Part shown: positions 39,620-51,147 of the stretch, in pieces
How the letters are laid out: every line of letters starts with the position of its first letter
Position numbering within the stretch: the stretch's first letter is position 1
Assembly (NCBI GenBank): GCA_951406725.2
Contig: OX597815.1
Location: 181,722,001 to 181,786,000, forward strand
Direction of reading: 5' to 3'
DNA: 64,000 nt
From: Octopus vulgaris
Taxonomy: Eukaryota
Position numbers and translations under genes: made by a program
Notes under the pieces: generated by a model
What the model saw: the letters and a program-made list of their open reading frames with translations, nothing else
Database searches by the model: none
Told to the model about the DNA's origin: nothing

Positions 39620-41400
39620 CTTTAGTAGAAGAAGAGATAAAAACCTTCTCACTAATTTTCAAATACCGAAAAAATTAAATAAAAACAAGATTCATATGTA
39701 CTTTTGCCAATGAATTTTCCAAGCAACACAAATTAATAGAACACCCATTAATATCATTAGTGATATCGTTCCTTATTCAAAACCATGCAATAAGTTTCTG
39801 AACAGTAAGCGATATTTGTTCTATTATTACCCCATAAATTATTGGTTCGATATAAGTGGTTTTCTGGTATGGATGATCAGAGTCATTCATAGGATATGTT
39901 TAAAATGATAGATTGCAAAATGCCATCATATTGGAGATCCTATGCTTCAATGAATGTGAAAGATCTTATTTCTGATATATCCTCAAATGATTAATTTTCA
40001 TGTTCCTGGTTGCAAAGCTTCAAAATGTTATCCCTCGACCACAAACATTTCAGATGTATTTAAGGTGTGCCGGACTATTTCATTTGTGTAATGTTCTTGG
40101 ATTTCACATTTTTCCAGAATATTGGCCAGCACTAAAACTAATAAAAAAAAAAAATATATATATATATATACTAAAAACACTCGACATTATTAATGATTAA
40201 AAACTGACCTCTATTTAATCTAAGATTATATATATTGCCTGAGGCTTCTACTTTCTTGTAAAATGTTGATGAAAGCAAGATGTCTGGACAGACTGATCAC
40301 CATACATATACTTTTGAACCAGAATATCCCAAAAGCAATTAGATTTCTATGGTTATCTCTACAGATATTAGATCTATGTTTGGAATACAAAGGAGATAAA
40401 GAGGAAATAAAATCTTTTGGTTATATCTGCTTTCAATTAACACAATGTTGTGTTCTCATCTTCATATTCACAATTTCAAGTGTTTTAGTCCGAGATATTT
40501 TTTACCGTTTTTTCTGAATCCTTGGGATAATTAACAATAATTTGCTGATGGTTTTTCTAAATAAACTTCAAAATGATGAAAATAGCCATCAATCAAGAAG
40601 AAACTAGGATGGGAATGTCTCTTGGACTATTTGCATTATTGGAAATTATCACTTTGTTTTTGGATTTGGTTTGCAAGATTCTTTATGTGAGTTCATGTGT
40701 TGAAGCATATTTGCATTATTGGAGGTTGTATTTCAATCATTGGACTGCAGTCAAGCTGGAGCAATGTCTTGAAGGATATAGTCAAATACATCAACTGCAG
40801 TCTGGTACTTATTCAATCAGTCTCTAAGAAAAGCTAAGTTATGGAGATGTAAACAAACCAACACGGGTTACCAAGCAGGTGGGGAAGACAAACACAGACT
40901 CAAAGATACACATAAATATAGGGAGAGTTTACAAAAAAAAACAAAAGACGAAGACAGGTGGTGTACAAAACAAACAGATGTATTAGTATAACACTCAGGA
41001 ATAGAAAAAGTCTTTTATGTTTCGAGCCTATACTCTTCTACAGAAAGGGACACAGAAAAAACAAGGAGAGAAAAAAATGTGTGTAGTGGCTAACGATCTA
41101 TCATAAATATATCCAGATACGGGTTTCTTTTCACTTTCCATCCACCCTATCCATTCACAAATCTTTGATTGATGTATGGCTTTAGTAGAAGGCACTTATT
41201 CAAGGTGCCATGCATTGGGACTGAACTGAGAACCATGTAATTCGGAAGCACGCTTCTCACCACATAGACACAATTGCACTTGAATATATCAAATATTTTT
41301 TGTTCATCTAATATAAAATCTTCCTCAAAACGGTTGAGATTTTGAAAATGTATTTTATAGTCTGAATAAAAGATAAAGATAAATATACAATTAAAAATGT
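39620..41400 (-). pseudogene. Decayed hAT-like transposase remnant split by a SINE
   Basis: Ordered, frameshifted minus-strand peptides: DEQKIFDIFKC | NMLQHMNSHKESC, YPKDSEKTVKNI/SRTKTLEIVN, NLIAFG, MYGDQSVQ, PQAIYI. These resemble the Zn-finger, FPDS..SRTK and NLIGFGSDG..M.G..SV..P motifs of hAT-like transposases. Confidence 0.45.
40729..41270 (-). mobile_element. Old SINE family A carrying a Penelope-like insert (40920-41103) in its central microsatellite
   Basis: 3' half at 40729-40915, 5' half at 41115-41270; insert matches 8181-8368. Confidence 0.75.
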
Positions 41401-41913
41401 ACATATATGTAAATATAATTACAGGAAATCTCATTATTATGCATTCTAAAAATGATAGTTGTATCACTATTTCTGATAAGATCGTGATTTGAAAACCTTT
41501 TAGCTCTAAAATTGAGAGGAAATACTGAACAAGTTTTGATAATTTGCTATTAGTTTGTAAACAATCATAACTTATAAGATAAAGACCAATCATTTATTTA
41601 AGTTTAATGGTCATGTGGAAATAAGGTCTCTCCCATAATTGAAATAAACAAAGCTTTTATGTCTGAGCTAATGGCAGTGTTAGGAAAATAGGAATTTAAA
41701 TGAAACCTTTTGAAATAAATGAACAATGCTAAAATGTTACTGTATAGTGGTGTTTGTTTTTTGTAAAGATTATTGTTTAAACAATATACGAAATAATCAT
41801 GATAAAGCACATGAAATATAACACTATAGAACATTTAACATTGAAAAACATTGCAACTTGTAATTCTCGACTCTAATAAAAGTTTCTGGCCTGTGTATTA
41901 TTATATATGCGTA

Positions 41914-41959
<46 letters not shown>

Positions 41960-41961
<2 letters not shown>

Positions 41962-42110
41962 GGCTGTGTGGTAAGAAGTTTGCTCCCCAACAACATGGTT
42001 TTGGGTTCAGTTCCACTGTATGGCACCTTGGACAAGTGTCTTCTACTATAACCTTGGGCAACCAAAACTCTGTGAGTGGGCTTGGTAGAAGGAAACCAAA
42101 AGAAGCCCAA

Positions 42111-42115
<5 letters not shown>
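41960..42115 (+). mobile_element. SINE family A 5' half
   Basis: GGCTGTGTGGTAAG..GGTTCAGTTCC..CACCTTGGACAAG. Confidence 0.8.
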
Positions 42116-42149
<34 letters not shown>

Positions 42150-42505
42150 ATTCAGGAATGGTCATTCTGCCAGTTTAGCCAATAAAAATACACACTAGCT
42201 AAACATAGACACACATAGAGGTATATGCATGCGCAAATGAAGATACATACACTAGGAATACAAAATACAAAATGGCTGACCGTTAGTAAGGAAAGACACA
42301 CAAATAAGAAAGAAGAAAGCAAAGGACCACTGATGAGGTCAAAGAAGTGTGACAAAAGAACTCTGATCGAAATAAGATTAATGTAAAAAATGAATAACAC
42401 TGAAGCAAATTAACACCAAATATATAGTGCGTGTGTTTTTATTGGCTAAACTGGCAAAATGACCATTCTGTTTCAATACATGATTTCACATCAAGAATCT
42501 TGCAA

Positions 42506-42574
<69 letters not shown>

Positions 42575-43350
42575 ACCAAGTAAGTTAGGGGTTATGGATC
42601 CAACCCACTAAGGGATAATATTTATCCAATAAACTGTTAGTATAATACCCAAATTATTAATACACAAATGTTTTTAATTGCAATGCAATTAACTTATTTA
42701 TTGTATTAAATGAGTGAAGGTAAAGAAATATTTTACCATTAATTTATAATACAAATAAGAAAATGGAGAAACAATTTAATTTGTTCATCAACTTTTAGAT
42801 ATTAGAATGTTGAATTATTTATTCATTTAACAAAAATGAGAATCTTAATAGCATTCATATATACATTATAATTCAATACATATAAGATAAGAATACAATT
42901 ATAAAAATCATAATATAAATTACTGAAATCACTCCTTACAGCTATATATATATATATATATATATAAAGTTAATCCAAACAAGAAAGCACAAAAAAAAAC
43001 ACAACAACGCGAGGACGTGGAACAAATATAGTATTATTGGACGCTCAGGAAAGAAGGAAGCACAATGACCTTGAACCCACAAGAGTAAACAAAAGTGACA
43101 GAGACAGTCAGAAACAAGGAAAATGCCACTTGTATATGAACACTATACAAATATTCTTTAAAAACAAATTTTCTTCTAATTTTTCTAAATTTAATTGTTT
43201 AATTGTTACAGTTGAAAAAGTCTCAATGACTGAAACCGGTACTGAAATGTTTTTTATAAAACCCATGCTAGCATGGAAAACGGACGCTAAACGATGATGA
43301 TGATGATGATGATGAAAATTATTTTAGCATTTTCTATCTTGACTTTTTTT

Positions 43351-43397
<47 letters not shown>

Positions 43398-43599
43398 TAC
43401 TTACTTGGAAAAGGATGTGTGGTGTTTGATCATATAATATAAATAATATCTAAATATATGCATATATATATATACATACAATTAAAATCTTAGGGTAGTA
43501 AGAATATTTATCAAAAAAATTCTTAGCTACCTGTGGTTTAGCGAGAAGGAAAAAATTAGTCTATAGACTATACATTATTCAGAGAAGAATATAGTGTAC

Positions 43600-43827
43600 A
43601 TTCAAACACAAAAGAGATACCCAAAGAATAGGATATCTGACTCACTAGAAAGAGCAGTTAAACTCAAGCCACTAATTATTGTAATTCTGAAAGTGATTGA
43701 AAAATAAAATAAAAGTTTTTATTTCTCAATCACTTTCAGAATTACAATAATTTGTGGCTTGGAGTTTAACTGCTCTTTCTAGTGAGTCAGATATCCTATT
43801 CTTTGGGTATCTCTTATGTGTTTGAAT
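43600..43827. repeat. Long near-perfect palindrome (about 110 bp arms)
   Basis: ATTCAAACACA...TGATTGAAAAATAAAA pairs with TTTTATTTCTCAATCA...TGTGTTTGAAT. Confidence 0.92.
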
Positions 43828-44092
43828 ATATATATAGATACCTACATCTCTATGTATATATACATGCATATATGGGTACAGGACATCAACATTAGCAGAA
43901 ACATTAGCATGCTGGGCTAAATGCTTAGTAGCATTTCATCTGTTTTAACATTCTGAGTTCAAATTCCACCAACGTTGATTTTATTTTTTCTTTCATTCTT
44001 TCGGAGTCGATAAAATAAGGACCATCACCACCTCCCACCAAATTGATGCACTTGTGGCAAAATTTGAAATCATTATTATTGAGATTATTATT

Positions 44093-44244
44093 AGTAGTAG
44101 TAGTAGTAGTAGTAGTGGTAGTAGTAGTAATAGTAGTAGTGGTAGTAGTAGTAGTAGTAGTAGTGATGGTGGTGATGGTGGTGGTAGAAGTAGTAGAAAT
44201 AGCGGTAGTAATAATAATAGTGGTAGAAGTAGTAGTAGTAATAA

Positions 44245-44297
<53 letters not shown>

Positions 44298-44365
44298 TTG
44301 ATGGTGGTGGTGGTAGTAGTAGTAGTAATAGTAATAGTGGTGGTGGTGGTGGTGGTAGTAGTAGT
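44093..44365. repeat. (TAG)/(TGG)n microsatellite
   Basis: Direct reading; explains the poly-T/V/S ORFs. Confidence 0.97.
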
Positions 44366-45353
44366 CGCTGAAGTAGGAGTGAGATTAGTAGATTTACTCT
44401 GCCAAATTGTTATTTTTTTCACTATAATGGCTGTAGATTGCCACTGGCCAAATTTTTAGCTTGCTTTCTCACAAAAAAAGAAAAAAATGCAAACCGCCTG
44501 CAGTGTGAAGATCATCCAGTATTTCATAGATTTTTATTTTATATTTTTCTTATTTAAATTATGACTAAGTAAATTATAAGTGTGAGATATCAACTACCTC
44601 AAACTGCCAAAATGCCAATTACGATTTTTGTAGAAATACAGAAAATATGATTTGCTAGCATTATCGATGCTTAAAAAATATTTTATGATATGATACTGGA
44701 TGTGTGTAAAATAAGTATAGATTATGGAGTAAATTCAACAAATCTTAATTTATTTATGTATCATATGCACCAGTATGAATAGTACATATGATACATCAAT
44801 GTGTGTCTGTGTATGTGAGTGAAGATGTGTGTGTGTGTGTGTGTGTGTGTAAGGGCACAGGGCTTAGTGGTTATAAGGTTATGAGTTCAATTCCTTGTGA
44901 TGTGTTGTGTCCTTGAGCAAGACACTTTACTTCATGTGGCTCCAGTCTACTCAGCTGGCAAAAATGAACTGTACCTGCATTTCAAAGGGCCAGTTTTGTC
45001 GCATTCTGTTATGGCTGCTGCTGATAATGATGATGATGATGATTGCATTGCTGTCTTTGCTATATTTGTGGCATCAATAGAAATGTTGACATTCTCCTTT
45101 CATCTTCTGCAAACAGAAATGTATTTTTGCTACGGAGACAAACGAATCCGCATTGTCCGTTGTTCAGCTGACGTCTCCTTCTGTTACAAGAGAAACCGAT
45201 GTTGTAATTGTTATTGTTGTTGCTTCAACTCATCAGAGCAGAGTTGTTTGTTGAATTATAAAAGAGGAATTCTTCATTTATGAAAGCAACAAAGGGATAA
45301 CTTTGACTGGCAAAACCATTTTGGCTGCTGGAATCAGTTCCCGTCTTACTCAC

Positions 45354-45401
45354 TTGACTGACTAGCAAACATGCTGCCATGTTAGATGTTATAAACTGTG
45401 T
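45354..45401 (-). CDS. Candidate 48-nt exon of an unidentified gene (TQFITSNMAACLLVSQ; possible start codon at 45380)
   Basis: Acceptor TTGCTTTTCTTCTACAG|, donor CAA|GTGAGT, only one open frame, AACATGG context, non-repetitive flanks. Confidence 0.5.
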
Positions 45402-45623
45402 CTGTAGAAGAAAAGCAATAAATTGTTTGTTTTTAGATATAGCCCCAGTGAGTGAACACAAAAGGGAAAACCAGCATTTTAGGGTCACTGTGGTTTCAGT
45501 AATAAAAGGGCTCAAAATCAGTAATAACAGCATCATTGAAGGGCACACTACTATAAATTTTTGCAGCTTACGGTGCAGAATAAAACATGTCTAGTGCAGA
45601 CAAAAGAAATTGATATTGTAGCT

Positions 45624-45624
45624 G

Positions 45625-45698
<74 letters not shown>
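45624..45698. repeat. (CTA)n(CTG)n microsatellite
   Basis: Direct reading. Confidence 0.95.
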
Positions 45699-45701
<3 letters not shown>

Positions 45702-45744
45702 ATTGCTGTCACTATTACTATTGGGGTGGTATGTCTAGTTGGGA

Positions 45745-45976
45745 AGGCGGCGAGCTGGCAGAAACATTAGCACACCGGGCGAAATGCTTAGCGGTATTTC
45801 ATCTGCCACTACGTTCTGAGTTCAAATTCCGCCGAGGTTGGCTTTGCCTTTCATCCTTTCGGAGTCGATTAAATAAGTACCAGTTACGCCCTGGGGTTGA
45901 TATAATTGACTTAATCCATTTGTCTGTCCTTGTTTGTCCTCTCTGTGTTTAGCTCCTTGTGGGTAGTAAAGAAATA
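45745..45976 (+). mobile_element. Full-length SINE family B with 17-bp target-site duplication
   Basis: GGTATGTCTAGTTGGGA at 45728-45744 and 45977-45993. Confidence 0.93.
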
Positions 45977-46597
45977 GGTATGTCTAGTTGGGATCAGAGG
46001 CAGAATTATTTCTTCATCTTCTTGGTTAATTCTTAGAATCAATGATGGAGTGAACTCTTCCAATGTTTCTGCAACTGCTATTGGTAGTGCCTTTAGAACA
46101 GCAATGGCCATGACCTGCTGTTGGCCTTTCCATTTTCCCATTTAGTTTTATCTTCTCTTCTGGACAGAAAACTCTTAAATGGTATATGAGCTGGACTTGG
46201 TGGACTGAACTACCAGTCATAAAGTATTTTTCTTAACACCCATTGGCTGGCTCAAGTCCATGATCATCTTGTACAATGATGATTAAGAAGTACGGTTGTG
46301 GTAGTGATGATAAGAAGGATTATGAAAAGCAAAGGATGAAGCAGAAACATGAGGAAATTATAATCATTCAGATATATACTAAATCAAGTATTAAGCTGTT
46401 GGTATTGTAAATTGAGTTAATTTTGGGATTTGAAATTTTACTTCATCAGTTAAGAGATCTTTGTAATCACTAAACTTTTTAAAACACTTCAACAAGTTTT
46501 TACAGAAATGTTATTATTATTTTCTGCACATGCAAAATACAGAAATAGATAGCTCCTAAACCAAACATTGTTGGCATTAAGATGAACTCAAAATAAA

Positions 46598-46768
46598 TAT
46601 ACATTATTTACAATTGATGGATATTTGTCCTCATCTTGTTTGTTGTTAACATAACATTTCAGCTGATATACCCTCCAGCCTTCATCAGGTGTCTTGGGGA
46701 AATTTTGAACCTGGTTTCTCATTCCTAAGGTATTTTTTGATGTTGTTGTTGTCATTATTATTATTATT
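46598..46768 (-). mobile_element. 3' part of the hammerhead-carrying SINE (motif at 46648-46693)
   Basis: Reverse complement of 50960-51120. Confidence 0.8.
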
Positions 46769-47323
46769 GAGTGAGAGAGCAGTTCATGCCATCAAAGTGA
46801 CACTGGGGTAAAATATACGAAGCCCAGTATACCCATCATGACTACCCGTCTGATAAGGGTACACCAAGCACATGCATCACAACCATATGTGCGCGACATG
46901 GTGATCTCATATCAAGATAAACAGCACATGACCTTGCAGGTGGGGCCCAGTGAGAATTTTCTTCTGGTCGAGTAGCCCATCCCGCTCAAAAGGTCCCTGA
47001 ATAAGGATTGTTTAAGGATGTTGAAAGAACTACCCATGTTTCCAGAGGTGAACTATTCAAACCCCAAAGAATCCCTCTCAACACATGGCTATGATGCTCC
47101 CCCACTACTTCTGCTCATGATCAGAGATGCACATATCGTCAGCCACTAAGGGACATGCTCAACTGGTTAAGGTCAAACAACTGACAAGCAAATCTGTGGT
47201 ACTGAGCAGAATATTTGCTGTAGCCCATCTTTTATACCAAGACAAAACAATGTACATGATGACACTTCCAATCAGTTAAGATCAGAAGCCATGAGAGCCA
47301 CTGCCTGGTACTGCATCAAGGCA

Positions 47324-47325
<2 letters not shown>
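46769..47325 (-). mobile_element. (TAA)n-associated non-coding repeat, longest copy
   Basis: Near-identical to 47450-47898 and 1-229; flanked by (TTA)n. Confidence 0.8.
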
Positions 47326-47372
<47 letters not shown>

Positions 47373-47385
47373 GTTATTATTATTA

Positions 47386-47423
<38 letters not shown>

Positions 47424-47449
47424 GTTATTATTATTATTATTATTATTAT

Positions 47450-47898
47450 TGAGTGAGAGAGCAGTTCATGCCATCAAAGTGACACTGGGGTAAAATATAC
47501 GAAGTCCAATATACCCATCATGACTACCCGTCTGATAAGGGCACACCAGGCACATGCATCACAACCATATGTGCGCGACATGGTGATCTCATATCAAGAT
47601 AAACAGCACATGACCTTGCAGGTGGGGCTCAGTTAGAATTTTCTTCAGGTTGAGTAGCCCATCCCGCTCAAACGGTCCCTGAATAAGGGTTGTTTAAGGA
47701 TGTTGAAAGAACCACCCATGTTTCCAGAGGTGAATTATTCAAACCCCAAAGAATCCCTCTCAACACATGGCTATGATGCTCCCCCACTACTTCTGCTCGT
47801 GATCAGAGATGCACATATCGTCAGCCACTAAGGGACATGCTCAACTGGTTAAGGTCAAACAACTGACAAGCAAATCTGTGGTATTGAGCAGAATATTT
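47450..47898 (-). mobile_element. (TAA)n-associated non-coding repeat, truncated copy
   Basis: Same left end TGAGTGAGAGAGCAG as the copy at 46769. Confidence 0.8.
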
Positions 47899-47904
47899 GA
47901 CGGA

Positions 47905-47975
<71 letters not shown>

Positions 47976-48122
47976 CAGTGACCTGAATAATAATAATGAT
48001 GATAATAATAATAATAATAATAACATCGAAAAATACCTTAGGAACGAGAATCCTGGTTCAAAATTTCCCCAAGACACCTGATGAAGGCTGTAGGGTATAT
48101 CAGCTGAAACGATATGTTAACA
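47976..48122 (+). mobile_element. Headless copy of the hammerhead-carrying SINE (motif at 48073-48118)
   Basis: CAGTGACCTG(AAT)n..GACACCTGATGAAGGCTG..CAGCTGAAACG. Confidence 0.8.
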
Positions 48123-48124
48123 AT

Positions 48125-48445
48125 ATGGTTCTTATTTAATTGACTCCAAAAGGATGGAAGGCAAAGTGGAATTTAAACTCAGAATGTAACGGCAGACGAA
48201 ATACCTATTTCTTTACTAACCACAAGGGGCTAAACACAGAGGAGACAAACAAGGACAGACAAACGGATTAAGTCGATTACATCGACCCCAGTGCGTAACT
48301 GGTACTTATTTAATCGACCCCAAAAGGATGAAAGGCAAAGTCGACCTTGGTGGAATTTGAGCTCAGAACGTAATGTCAGACGAAAGACGAAATACCGCTA
48401 AGCATTTCACCCGGCATGCTAACGTTTCTGCCAGCTCACCACCTT
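48125..48445 (-). mobile_element. SINE family B with partial tandem second unit
   Basis: Reverse complement of family B, with junction AAAGAAATA-GGTATTTCGTCTG. Confidence 0.85.
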
Positions 48446-49998
48446 TTAATTTCATATAATAGACAAGGAATGAATCATGTCCAGTTGCATGGCTTAAGAA
48501 AAAGAAAAAGAGACGAATCATAGCTTTGTATAGTAGATGAAGAATCTGATACTTTCTGACACACCAAGTGAAATATTTTCTTGTCAGTCATTTAATAGGA
48601 ACAGGAATCAATATCGTTAAACAAATTAGTGTTACCAACATTCGAAAACTGTCGTGTTAAATTTTTTTCCTTTGAGGGATATTTTTGAGTCTGTGATGTT
48701 TTTTTTTTTTTTCAATAAATAAATATTTTTAGAATAATTATTTACTAGTTTTTTTTATTCTTTATTGTTCTGATTTGTTGCTGCTAATGTGTTCAAGTGT
48801 CATCTGCCCAGAGCTAATGATTCTCCACAAGAATTTCGAGTAATTTGTTGCACGAATACTGTAAAATGTCAAAATTTGATTATGATTTAGAAACATTATT
48901 AAAAAACTACAACAACAACAACGGTTTTCAGTTTTGGCACAAGGCCAGCAAGTTCTGGGGCAGGAGTAAGTTGATTCCACTGACTCCAGATCTCAGTTCA
49001 TATTTATTTTATCGACCAAGAAATGTTAAAAGGTAAAGTTAGCATTGGCAGAATTTGAACTCAGAATGCAAAGATTCACAAAATGCTGCTAAACATTTTA
49101 TCCTGCATGCTAATAATTCTACCACTCACCACCTTAAACAACAACAACAACAACAACAACAATAATAACAACAATATTAATAATTATGATTATTAATATT
49201 GTTTATGTGTGTGTGCTTTTGTGTCTGTGTTTGTTCCCCCACTATACCTTAACAACTGATGTTGGTGTGTTTATGTCCATGAAACTTAGCAGTTCAGCAA
49301 AAGGGAATGATGGAATAAGTACTAGGCTTACAAAGAATAAGTCCTGGAGACGATTTCTTTGACTAAAGGCGGTGCTCTAGCATGGTCACAGTCAAATGAC
49401 AGACACGTGTAAAAGAGAATTCTTACTGGCTTGAATGTGTTTTCCTTTACACTTTGGAGTAAAAACAAACAACTCAAAATCTCTCCTGTTATTTCTAGAT
49501 ATCATCTTAAGGTTTCCTGCATTGTATATGTTACCACAAACTTAGCTATTACCTTTTATGCATATGGTGACCCTAAGATATTTTCCTCTAAACTGTTCTA
49601 GCTTTCTTATGACAACCAGTGTATAATCTTGATTAATTATTTAGTCTTTCATCATTTCTTCTGCAAATATGAAGGTAGACAGGTTCTGAACTTGTCTCTT
49701 GCACTTGCCAAAATAATTGAAATAATATTAGCTATTGACTAATATTGTTTCTGGCTCATCATATAATCATTTCCAGTTAAAATTCTAACTGCATTCAATA
49801 TGTTAACACTAACCATCAACAAGACAGTTTGATAAATCCATTCCAGCCATTTCGTTGCCATTTTTTTTTCTTTTTTTTTCCTTTTTTTTTTTGACGGGAG
49901 ACATTTATTCTTAAGATCTCAGTTCACTCACCATACTTAGGTAGAATAGTCTAGCCAACCATTCAGAAAGATCTCTCTTACTCTCTCTTGCTCTCTCT

Positions 49999-50036
<38 letters not shown>

Positions 50037-50527
50037 CTCATTGTTACAAGAAATACGGTTCACCTAATGAGGTGGAAGCTTAACTACCATGTGAAAAAGA
50101 ATTGTCTATCTACTTTTCATTTAAAATATCATATTTATTTTCCTTTCTTCAGGAAGAACAAACCCAGAAGCAACATTCTACACAGCTAGAGAAATATTTT
50201 CTTCTTTATTTAAACTTCATATTATATAGAAGTATATGGAAGTTTTTTTTAAAAATTCTTTCTTAAGTTTACCTATGGTTTTTCAAAATAAACTAAAGTT
50301 AGATTATTTCTCCATACAAAGTTAATTCAGATTATAAAACATCCTTGTAGAAAGCTCTAATCAGCGGCAATGCTTCTATAAAATATATGGAAAAGGGTTA
50401 ACTCATTAGCATTTTAAACCAATCAGATCCAGCCTAAATATTCTACCTGTTTTCTGTTCAAACTGGCCAGATCCGGCCTCTCATACCTATCCTACAATGT
50501 CAATCTAAAAATAAACAACCACATCAT

Positions 50528-50596
50528 TGGCATAGTGGTTAAGAGCACGAACTGTTAACCCCAAGATTCCGAGTTCAATTCGAAGCAGTGATCTGA

Positions 50597-50645
<49 letters not shown>

Positions 50646-50795
50646 CGTCGAAAAATACCTTAGGAATGAGAACCCAGGTTCAAAATTTCCCAAGATACCT
50701 GATGAAGGCTGGAGGGTATATCAGCTGAAACGTTATGTTAACAACAAAGAAGATGACAAATATCTGTCAATTGTAAATAACGTAAATAATGTATA
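50528..50795 (+). mobile_element. tRNA-headed SINE with (AAT)n and hammerhead motif, copy 1
   Basis: A-box TGGCATAGTGG, B-box GAGTTCAATTC, (AAT)n, CTGATGAAGGCTG..CAGCTGAAACGTT. Confidence 0.8.
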
Positions 50796-50835
50796 TTTTG
50801 GGTTCTTCTTAATGCCAACAGTGTTTGGTATGCCT

Positions 50836-50916
50836 GCGGTGTAGTGGTTGAGAGCACGGGCTACTAACCCCAAGATTCCGAATTCGACTCCAAGCAGTGA
50901 CCTGAATAATAATAAC

Positions 50917-50951
<35 letters not shown>

Positions 50952-51147
50952 TAATAATAATAATAACATTGAAAAATACCTTAGAAATAAGAACCCAGGT
51001 TCAAAATTTCCCCAAGACACCTGATGAAGGCTGGAGGGTATATCAGCCGAAACGTTGTGTTAACAAACAAGATTAGGACAAATATCCATCAAATGAAAAT
51101 AATGTAAATAATGTACATAATTCCTCATTTCTTAAATATAGAACTGT
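50836..51147 (+). mobile_element. tRNA-headed SINE with (AAT)n and hammerhead motif, copy 2 (most complete)
   Basis: A-box CGGTGTAGTGG, B-box GAATTCGACTCC, (AAT)n, intact ribozyme fold. Confidence 0.82.
51016..51061 (+). ncRNA. Minimal type I hammerhead ribozyme
   Basis: GACAC-CTGATGA-A-GGCTG(GAGGGTATAT)CAGCC-GAAA-CG-TT|GTGTT: stem I GACAC/GTGTT, 5 bp stem II, palindromic AACGTT stem III. Confidence 0.75.

Noticed and set aside
43925-44459. Poly-T/V/S ORFs (mucin-like)
   Set aside because: Translations of a (TAG/TGG)n microsatellite.
45911-46141. 76-aa ORF
   Set aside because: Runs into a SINE; no splice signals or recognisable domain.
50528-50600. tRNA gene (Asn-like anticodon loop CTGTTAA)
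   Set aside because: Acceptor and T stems do not close, the sister copy has a different loop, and it is a SINE head. The same holds for the heads at 56486 and 58738.
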